In this document: positions 29,314-36,016 of the stretch, one piece after another
Numbering within the stretch: the stretch's first letter is position 1
How the letters are laid out: the number at the start of each line of letters is the position of its first letter
Assembly (NCBI GenBank): GCA_031178045.1
Contig: JAPSJT010000001.1
Coordinates: 5,429-69,428, forward strand
Direction of reading: 5' to 3'
DNA: 64,000 nucleotides
DNA from: Agromyces sp.
GTDB lineage: Bacteria > Actinomycetota > Actinomycetes > Actinomycetales > Microbacteriaceae
Made by a program: the position numbers and the translations under genes
The notes under the pieces: generated by a model
Databases searched by the model: none
What the model was told of the DNA's origin: nothing
What the model saw: the letters and a program-made list of their open reading frames with translations, nothing else

Positions 29314-29775
29314 TTATGCCGTTCGGGCGGACACTCGATCGCGCCGGCCGAGCAGGACGCCGAGGAGGATCATGCCGATGGCGAGCACGAGGTGCAGCCA
29401 GTTGTCGGCGGCGTTCAAGGGCACGAAGTTCGCAGGGTGGTCGCCGGAGAGGAACAGCCCGTACAACCAGAGGACCGCGTAGATCGCCCCGCCCCAGATG
29501 AGGTAGTTGCGTGAACCACTGATCGACCTCGCCAGCGCGACGCCCGCGATGCCGAACAGCAGGTGGACGATGTTGTGGAGAATCGACACCTGGAAGACAC
29601 CGAGGAGCAGCGCTCCGGACTCATGTCCGGCGAACTGCATGGACTCCATGTTCGCGGTCAACCCTGGGATGAACCCCGCGAGTCCGACGACGAGGAAGAC
29701 GATTCCGACGATGAGAGCGGCTTTCTGAACCGCCGTCTCCGCATACCGCCTCGTGGATGGTGCTTGTGCGCTCAT
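29314..29775 (-). CDS. DUF4383 domain-containing membrane protein
   Basis: 153 aa with a strong AAGGAG SD and a TAA stop. 4 TM helices with 'NIVHLLFG' and 'DNWLHLVL', typical of DUF4383. Confidence 0.75.
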   Translation of the reverse strand: MSAQAPSTRRYAETAVQKAALIVGIVFLVVGLAGFIPGLTANMESMQFAGHESGALLLGVFQVSILHNIVHLLFGIAGVALARSISGSRNYLIWGGAIYAVLWLYGLFLSGDHPANFVPLNAADNWLHLVLAIGMILLGVLLGRRDRVSARTA

Positions 29776-29787
29776 GAGACACTCCTT

Positions 29788-30018
29788 TCACTCATGATGC
29801 TCCTCCTCGAAGTACGAAAGCGGCAGGGGCTTGATTTCTTCGAGTGGCATTCGGTCGGAGGTGCGGGGCCAGGTCTCGTGGCTGCATCCATGGGCCGGCG
29901 TATGCCCGAAGCGCCATGCGGTCGCTCCGCCGGCGACGAGGCGAGAACGATAGGCCTGGCCGCACGAGGGCCGAAGGGCTTGACGAGCCGGTGCGGCGCA
30001 CCGATACGGTTCGGACAT
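29788..30018 (-). CDS. hypothetical small Cys/His-containing protein (76 aa)
   Basis: Internal ATG (MSEPYRCAAPARQ...GHTPAHGCSHETWP...EEEHHE) of ORF 29788..30072. It ends 12 nt before the DUF4383 start. GC3 counted by eye is about 70%, lower than the neighbours. There is no SD and I recognise no family. Confidence 0.35.
   Translation of the reverse strand: MSEPYRCAAPARQALRPSCGQAYRSRLVAGGATAWRFGHTPAHGCSHETWPRTSDRMPLEEIKPLPLSYFEEEHHE
29980..30010 (+). promoter_or_regulatory. possible promoter TTGACG-N19-TACGGT for a leaderless microprotein/DUF6766 transcript
   Basis: The TANNNT hexamer TACGGT (30005-30010) ends 6 nt before ATG 30017. The spacer to TTGACG is long (19 nt). Confidence 0.25.
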
Positions 30019-30100
30019 GCGGATAGTTTTCACATTGTGGCTGGGCGTGATCGCCGTCGGTCTGCTGTACATGCTCGCGATCCCGATGATCGGACGGTGA
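30017..30100 (+). CDS. candidate 27-aa single-TM microprotein
   Basis: Not in the ORF track (under 60 aa). I read ATG CGG ATA GTT ... GGA CGG TGA, giving MRIVFTLWLGVIAVGLLYMLAIPMIGR. GC3 is about 80%. The stop lies 4 nt before the DUF6766 ATG. Confidence 0.35.
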   Translation: MRIVFTLWLGVIAVGLLYMLAIPMIGR

Positions 30101-30104
30101 CGGC

Positions 30105-30776
30105 ATGCGGCTTCGGAACCACGGCCTGAGTATCTTCTTCGGTGCGCTGTTCGTGCTGGCGCTCATCGGGCAGTCCGTCGCGGGACTCTTCGAGTACAAC
30201 GCGGAGCAAGCGGCGCACGGAGCGTCTTCCGTGACGTGGGGACAGTTCGTCACCTCGTCGGAGTTCGTCGTCGACGTGGCCGAGAACTGGCAGTCCGAGT
30301 ATCTGCAGTTCTTCCTCTTCATCTTCGCGACGATCTGGCTGGTGCAGAAGGGCTCTCCCGAGTCGAAGAAGCCCGGCGACGAAGGCCTCGGCTCAGACAA
30401 GGAGCAGCTCGTGCGCAAGCACGCGCGCCCCGACTCGCCGCTCTGGGCGAAGGTGACCGACTGGCGGCACACGCTCTTCTCCAACTCGCTCCTGGTCGTG
30501 ATGGGTGCGATCTTCCTGCTCGCCTGGACGGCGCAGGCCGTGGCGGGACTCGTGGTGTTCAATGCCGAGCAGCTCGAGCACGGCCAGTCGCTGATCACGC
30601 TGGGCGAGTACATCGTGTCGGCCGATTTCTGGAATCGCACACTGCAGAACTGGCAGTCCGAGTTCCTGGCCGTCGGCAGCATGATCGCCCTGTCGATCTA
30701 CCTTCGCCAGCGTGGGTCGCCCGAGTCCAAGCCGGTCGGAGCGCCGCACGGCGAGAGCGCCCTCTCCGCCGAATGA
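30105..30776 (+). CDS. DUF6766 family membrane protein (internally duplicated)
   Basis: 223 aa. Two homologous halves each carry 'AGL..(Y/F)NAEQ..HG' and 'NWQSE(Y/F)L...Q.GSPESK'. Confidence 0.7.
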   Translation: MRLRNHGLSIFFGALFVLALIGQSVAGLFEYNAEQAAHGASSVTWGQFVTSSEFVVDVAENWQSEYLQFFLFIFATIWLVQKGSPESKKPGDEGLGSDKEQLVRKHARPDSPLWAKVTDWRHTLFSNSLLVVMGAIFLLAWTAQAVAGLVVFNAEQLEHGQSLITLGEYIVSADFWNRTLQNWQSEFLAVGSMIALSIYLRQRGSPESKPVGAPHGESALSAE

Positions 30777-30824
30777 CGCGGGGACGGGTGCCACCCCAGC
30801 GGTGTGACACCCGAACACCGACGA

Positions 30825-30855
30825 AGGCCGGTGCTGCACAGCGCGGCACCGGCCT
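30825..30855. terminator. stem-loop between the convergent DUF6766 and SDR genes
   Basis: AGGCCGGTGC-N11-GCACCGGCCT; extends to 13 bp with one mismatch. Confidence 0.5.
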
Positions 30856-30874
30856 CCGTCGTACGGGATTCGAG

Positions 30875-31642
30875 TCAGCTCTCCCGGGCGAAGCCCGATG
30901 TGTCGCCGACGTAGCGGGTGTGATCGGCGGGAATCGGATCGACGGCCGCTGACGCGACCTCGGCGGCGAACTCCGCGACGTTGAAGAGTCGACCGGCGTC
31001 CTGCTTCCGCGCCTCGATGGCGCCGGGGTTCGCTCGTTCGAGGAGCGTGGCCGTGATCGTCCCCTCGATCATGTCCCCCGAGACGACGACGAACTCGACG
31101 CCGGCCGCCTCGAGCTCCGGCAGCTTCTCGCGGAGCGCGTCCTCCCCTGCACGCTTCGAACGCGCGACGGGCTCGTACTCGGGCATCGTCGGCGTCGTGC
31201 GGATGAAATGCGCCTGGTGGCTCGTGACGAAGACGATTCGAGCGCCGTCCCCGAGGTGCGGGAGCCCGCGTTCGACGACGTTGACCTGCGCGTCGCGGTT
31301 CAGACGCATCGCGTAGTCGTCGCCCATGCCGGCCTCCATTCCACCCGAGGCGTTCAGCACCAGGAGATCGATCGGCCCCAGCTCGGCGACCGTGCGCTCG
31401 AACATCGCCTCGACCGAAGCGGGGTCGGTGAGGTCGGCCCCGACGGCGATCGCGCGGCCGCCTCGGGCGACGATCTCGGCGACGATCTTCTCGGCGCGGG
31501 GCGCCTTGCTCCGGTAGTTCACCACGACGGCCGCGCCCGCCTCGGCGAGGTAACGCACGGTGTCGGCGCCGATGCCGCGGGACGAACCGGTGACGAGGGC
31601 GACACGGCCGCTGAGCGATCCGGGGGTCAATGGATTGGTCAC
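30875..31642 (-). CDS. SDR family oxidoreductase
   Basis: 255 aa with a GTG start. 'ALVTGSSRGIG' Rossmann motif. Confidence 0.8.
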   Translation of the reverse strand: MTNPLTPGSLSGRVALVTGSSRGIGADTVRYLAEAGAAVVVNYRSKAPRAEKIVAEIVARGGRAIAVGADLTDPASVEAMFERTVAELGPIDLLVLNASGGMEAGMGDDYAMRLNRDAQVNVVERGLPHLGDGARIVFVTSHQAHFIRTTPTMPEYEPVARSKRAGEDALREKLPELEAAGVEFVVVSGDMIEGTITATLLERANPGAIEARKQDAGRLFNVAEFAAEVASAAVDPIPADHTRYVGDTSGFARES

Positions 31643-31774
31643 GGCTGGGCACTCCTCGAGCTTCGGACGACGGTCGTCGCAGACTGGCGCAACGCCGAAC
31701 CGAGACTACCAACTCCCCCGCAGCGCCCGTGGCACTGCTAGTTTCATGAAGGACGCCGATGAAGGAGACCGAGC

Positions 31775-32248
31775 TTGGATGTGCTGACCCAATACGCGTG
31801 GATCGTGTGGCTGATCCTCATCCTCGCGTTCGCGACGATCGAGGTCTTCACGCTCGAGATGACGTTCCTCATGCTCGCGCTCGGCAGCGTCGCAGGCCTG
31901 CTCTCGGGCCTGTTCGGGATCCCCTGGTGGGCCCAGTTCATCATCGCGGCCATCGTGGCCGTCGCGCTCATCCTCGTGCTGCGACCGCCATTGCTCCGGA
32001 TGCTGCGTCGAGGCGGTGATCCCGCGCGGAGCAACATCGATGCACTCATCGGCGCCGACGGCTCGGTCGTGCGCACGATCACGGCGGCCGGCGGCCAGGT
32101 TCGTCTCCAGAACGGAGAGGTCTGGACCGCCCGCCTCTCCCCCATCACCGAGCAGACGGATGTCGCGGTCGGCGAGCGAGTGCTCGTCACCGGCATCGAT
32201 GGTGCGACGGCAGTCGTCGTGCCGGTTGAGAGGAGTGCTCCCCAGTGA
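31775..32248 (+). CDS. NfeD family membrane protein
   Basis: 157 aa. TTG start 7 nt after GAAGGAG. N-terminal TM helices plus a C-terminal OB-like 'G.V.L.NGEVWTAR'. GTGA-coupled to the SPFH gene. Confidence 0.8.
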   Translation: MDVLTQYAWIVWLILILAFATIEVFTLEMTFLMLALGSVAGLLSGLFGIPWWAQFIIAAIVAVALILVLRPPLLRMLRRGGDPARSNIDALIGADGSVVRTITAAGGQVRLQNGEVWTARLSPITEQTDVAVGERVLVTGIDGATAVVVPVERSAPQ

Positions 32249-33189
32249 TCGACGTGTCCGCAATCATCGTGACGATCGTCGTCGCCGCGATCGTCATCTT
32301 CGTGATCGTCGTGCTCGCGAAATCCATTCGCATCATTCCCCAGGCGTATGCCGGAGTCGTCGAGCGGCTCGGCCGGTACCACAAGACGCTCACGCCCGGC
32401 CTCAACATCCTCGTGCCGTTCATCGACCGCCTCCGGCCGCTGGTGGACATGCGAGAGACCGTCGTGTCGTTCCCCCCGCAGCCCGTCATCACCGAGGACA
32501 ACCTCGTCGTGTCGATCGACACGGTCGTCTACTTCCAGGTCACCGATGCGCGCGCGGCCACCTACGAGATCGCGAACTACCTCGGAGCGGTCGAGCAGCT
32601 CACGACCACCACGCTCAGGAACGTGGTCGGCGGCCTGAACCTCGAAGAGGCATTGACGAGCCGCGACAACATCAACGGCCAGCTCCGCATCGTGCTCGAT
32701 GAAGCCACCGGCAAGTGGGGCATCCGCGTCTCGCGCGTGGAGCTGAAGGCCATCGACCCGCCCGTCTCGATCCAGGACTCGATGGAGAAGCAGATGCGCG
32801 CCGAACGAGACCGCCGAGCGCTCATCCTCACAGCCGAGGGAACGAAGCAGTCCGCGATCCTCACGGCGGAGGGAGCGCGCCAGGCCGCGATCCTCGAGGC
32901 AGAGGGCGATGCGAAGGCGGCGGTCCTGCGGGCGCAGGGCGAGGCGGAGGCGATCCTGACGGTCTTCGACGCCATCCACAAGGGCGATCCCGACCCGAAG
33001 CTCCTCGCCTACCAGTACCTGCAGACCCTCCCCCAGATCGCGCAGGGCGAGGCGAACAAGCTCTGGATCGTGCCGAGCGAACTCACCGAGGCGCTCAAGG
33101 GCATCGGCCGGGCATTCACGCCGTCGCACGGAGGCGGGTCCGATCCGGAGGCGGGCTCGGCCGCCGGCGGTTCCGCCACTCGCGCCTGA
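32245..33189 (+). CDS. SPFH/Band 7 (stomatin-like) protein
   Basis: 314 aa. 'IRIIPQAYAGVVERLGRY', 'TEDNLVVSIDTVVYFQV' and a coiled 'AEGEA' repeat region. Confidence 0.9.
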   Translation: MIDVSAIIVTIVVAAIVIFVIVVLAKSIRIIPQAYAGVVERLGRYHKTLTPGLNILVPFIDRLRPLVDMRETVVSFPPQPVITEDNLVVSIDTVVYFQVTDARAATYEIANYLGAVEQLTTTTLRNVVGGLNLEEALTSRDNINGQLRIVLDEATGKWGIRVSRVELKAIDPPVSIQDSMEKQMRAERDRRALILTAEGTKQSAILTAEGARQAAILEAEGDAKAAVLRAQGEAEAILTVFDAIHKGDPDPKLLAYQYLQTLPQIAQGEANKLWIVPSELTEALKGIGRAFTPSHGGGSDPEAGSAAGGSATRA

Positions 33190-33203
33190 CCTGTCGCGGA
33201 GCT

Positions 33204-33959
33204 GTGGCATCCGGCTATCTCGATCTGCCGAGGCCGCGTGTGCTCGCGCACCGCGGACTCGCGGTCGAGGCTCCCGAGAACACGCTGCTCGCGTTCGCCA
33301 GGGCCGCGGCGGTCGGCGCTCGGTATGTGGAGACCGACGTGCACGTCTCGTACGACGGCGTCGCCGTCGTCGCGCACGACGCGAGCCTTCGGCGCGTGGC
33401 GGCGCGTGACGTTCCGGTCGGGAAACTCACGATGAGCGAGCTCCGGCGCATCGATCTCGGTCACGGGCAGGGGTTCTGCTCGCTCGAGGAGGCGCTGGAT
33501 GGCTTCCCCGACCTGCGGTTCAACATCGACGTGAAGGTGACGGCTGCCGTCGAGCCGGCGGTCACGGCGGTGGGACGCACTCGCTCCGGGTCCCGCGTGC
33601 TGCTCACGAGCTTCTCGGACGCGAGACGGCGTCGCCTCGGGCGAGCCGTTCCCGATGCCGTGACCTCTGCGGGGCGCACCGGCGTCATCCGCTGCGCCCT
33701 CGCCGCCACGATGCGCTCGCGGGTTGCGATGACGGCCGCGCTCGGCGGCGCGATCGCACTCCAGGTTCCCGAACGCGCCGGTCCCCTGCAGCTCGTGACC
33801 CCGCGCTTCGTCGAGGCGGCGCATCGATCGAGTGCGGAGGTGCACGTCTGGACCGTGAACGAAGCCGCCGATATGACGCGGCTGCTCGATCTCGGCGTGG
33901 ACGGGATCGTCACGGATCGCGCCGACCTCGCGGTTCCACTCGTCGCCGCGCGAAGCTGA
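33204..33959 (+). CDS. glycerophosphodiester phosphodiesterase family protein
   Basis: In-frame GTG (VASGYLDLPRPRVLAHRG) within ORF 32715..33959. 'HRG...ENTL.AF' and 'ETDV' GDPD motifs. Confidence 0.8.
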   Translation: MASGYLDLPRPRVLAHRGLAVEAPENTLLAFARAAAVGARYVETDVHVSYDGVAVVAHDASLRRVAARDVPVGKLTMSELRRIDLGHGQGFCSLEEALDGFPDLRFNIDVKVTAAVEPAVTAVGRTRSGSRVLLTSFSDARRRRLGRAVPDAVTSAGRTGVIRCALAATMRSRVAMTAALGGAIALQVPERAGPLQLVTPRFVEAAHRSSAEVHVWTVNEAADMTRLLDLGVDGIVTDRADLAVPLVAARS

Positions 33960-33986
33960 GAATTCCCCGGCAATCACTCAGTGGTC

Positions 33987-34013
33987 GGAAAGGGAATGCC
34001 CAGCTTGATCGTT
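33987..34013 (+). promoter_or_regulatory. weak SigH/SigR-type promoter-like motif GGAAA-N19-GTT upstream of rbpA
   Basis: GGAAA 33987-33991 and GTT 34011-34013, about 30 nt upstream of the rbpA ATG. The spacer is 1 nt longer than the usual N18. Confidence 0.2.
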
Positions 34014-34044
34014 TATACCTGAAGACGATCGAGAGGAGTACGCC

Positions 34045-34410
34045 ATGGCGGACCGGAGCCTTCGAGGCATGCGAATCGGCGCGCAGAGCTTGCAGAGCGA
34101 GGACGGCGTCGTCTTCGCCGACCGTGCCGAATACACCTACCGCTGTGAGGCGTGCAGTCGCGAGACGGTGATGACCTTCTCGACGGAAGCCGAGCTTCCC
34201 GAGACGTGGGAATGCAAGTACTGCGGTGCTGCCGCCACCCTCCTCGTCGACTCGAAGCCGGTCGACATCGACCGCTCGGGTGAGAAGGTCGCGCGCACCC
34301 ACTGGGACATGCTGCTCGAGCGCCGCACCCGCGCCGAGCTCGAGGAGCTGCTCGAGGAGCGTCTGGCCTACCTGCGAGCACGACGCGGGCAGCAGAAGAT
34401 CGGCGCCTAA
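34045..34410 (+). CDS. rbpA: RNA polymerase-binding protein RbpA
   Basis: 121 aa. 'YRCEACSRE...WECKYCG' zinc-ribbon-like core and the C-terminal sigma-interaction region 'RTHWDMLLERRT..ELEELL'. Confidence 0.9.
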   Translation: MADRSLRGMRIGAQSLQSEDGVVFADRAEYTYRCEACSRETVMTFSTEAELPETWECKYCGAAATLLVDSKPVDIDRSGEKVARTHWDMLLERRTRAELEELLEERLAYLRARRGQQKIGA

Positions 34411-35987
34411 GGCGTTCTCTCCAGTTCCACCGTGACCTCGCGCGCGGTCGCGCCGGTGCGCCGGCGCGCGAGGAGGCCGGCCGCCACGAGCGCGATGAGC
34501 GAGCTGACGACGATCACGCCCGGCGTCCACGCCCCGAGAACCACCGACGGCGTCAGGCCCGTGCGCCGTTCGACATCGGTCACCATGGCCCCCGGCTCGT
34601 CGGCGGGGAGCGAATCGATCGTGCGGCCGGACGGATCGATGACCTGACTCGTGCCGACCGTCGAGATGTTCACGACTGAGCGGCCCGTCTCGATCGCACG
34701 CAACCTGGCGATCGCGAGCTGTTGCACGTTCTCGTCCGTGCCGCGGAAGTCGGCGTTGTTCGTCTGGAACATGTACAGCTCGGCACCGTCGCTGGCGCCT
34801 TCCCAGATCAGCTCGTCATAGATGACGTCGAAGCAGATCGCGAGCCCCGTCACGACGCCGCCGACGTCGAAGACCGGTGCGTCGGAGCCCGGCGTGTAGC
34901 CGCGCTGAATGAGCCCGGTGAGGTCGGGGACGATCGCGTCGTAGAACCACCGATCGGGGATGTACTCGCCGAACGGCACCGGGTGGCGCTTCGAGTGGCG
35001 CTCGACCGCGCCCTCCCCCGCCCGCCACAGCAGCGAGGTGTTGAAGAACTCCGCTCCGTTCGTGGTGACCGTGTTGAGCACGACGGGCGCATCCAGTCGT
35101 TCGCTCAGCGAGTCGAAGATGCCCGCCACCGACTCGCTCCGCGTCGGGTCGATGTCGGAGCCGCCCTCGGGCCAGAGCAGCACGTCCACGTCGGGCTCGT
35201 CGAGGATGGGTCGAGTGGCCTCGAGCTGGGCAGCGAGGATGTCGCCGGGCGAGCGTTCGTCGAAGTACGCCGCCGGCCCGTCGCCCTGCACGCTCGCCAC
35301 CCGGAGCTCCCCGTTCGGCGTCGTCGCCCACGCCGGGACGAGGGTTCCGACGAGCACGAGTCCGACGATGGTCGTCGCCGACAGCGCCGTCGCGCGTCGA
35401 TCCCGCCAGCCGCCGATGCGCGCCCACTCGATCGTCGCCGCGACGATCGCGACCATCAGGAAGCCGAGCCCCGTGGACCCGAGCCACGACACGAGCTCGG
35501 CGAACGGGCTCTCGGACTGACTGAGGGCGGCGCGCCCCCATGGGAAGCCGCCGTAGGGCATCGTGCCGGTCACGGCCTCGCGCACGCACCAGAGACCAGC
35601 CACGAGCGCCGGCAGCAGGATGAGGCGGACCCACCGAGTGTCTCCCGCGCGCGGCACCCACCGATAGGCGAGCGCGATGAGCACCGCACCGCCCGCCACG
35701 ATCGCGGATTCGAGGATCGACAGCGCGAGCCACGGGATCGGACCGAGGTAGAGCGAGGTCCACGAGACCTGCTGCAGGTAGAACGCGAGACCGAACGCGA
35801 ACCCGACGAGCGCGGCCGACCAGGATCGGCGTCCGATGAGCCCGACGAGTGCGAACGCGATGCCCACGAAGGCGAGCGGCCAGATGCCGGCTCCCGGAAA
35901 TGCGAGGTCGTACACGAGGCCGCCGATCACCGCGACGAGCACCGCGCCCCATAGCGGCAGGAGCGGTCGGCGGGCGTTCTCGGGCAC
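34407..35987 (-). CDS. lnt: apolipoprotein N-acyltransferase
   Basis: 526 aa with a GTG start. A multi-TM N-terminus plus a CN-hydrolase domain ('LLWPEG', 'ICFD'). The stop overlaps the rbpA stop (CTAA). Confidence 0.85.
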   Translation of the reverse strand: MPENARRPLLPLWGAVLVAVIGGLVYDLAFPGAGIWPLAFVGIAFALVGLIGRRSWSAALVGFAFGLAFYLQQVSWTSLYLGPIPWLALSILESAIVAGGAVLIALAYRWVPRAGDTRWVRLILLPALVAGLWCVREAVTGTMPYGGFPWGRAALSQSESPFAELVSWLGSTGLGFLMVAIVAATIEWARIGGWRDRRATALSATTIVGLVLVGTLVPAWATTPNGELRVASVQGDGPAAYFDERSPGDILAAQLEATRPILDEPDVDVLLWPEGGSDIDPTRSESVAGIFDSLSERLDAPVVLNTVTTNGAEFFNTSLLWRAGEGAVERHSKRHPVPFGEYIPDRWFYDAIVPDLTGLIQRGYTPGSDAPVFDVGGVVTGLAICFDVIYDELIWEGASDGAELYMFQTNNADFRGTDENVQQLAIARLRAIETGRSVVNISTVGTSQVIDPSGRTIDSLPADEPGAMVTDVERRTGLTPSVVLGAWTPGVIVVSSLIALVAAGLLARRRTGATAREVTVELERTP

Positions 35988-36016
35988 CAGATCAGCCTAT
36001 GCGAACGGCCCGAGGC

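Noticed and set aside
29844-30026. 60-aa plus-strand ORF overlapping the small minus-strand Cys/His ORF
   Set aside because: The translation is strongly Arg-rich (MAFGRRCGARSRG...RRRRGENDRPGRTR), typical of an off-frame reading, and there are no start signals.
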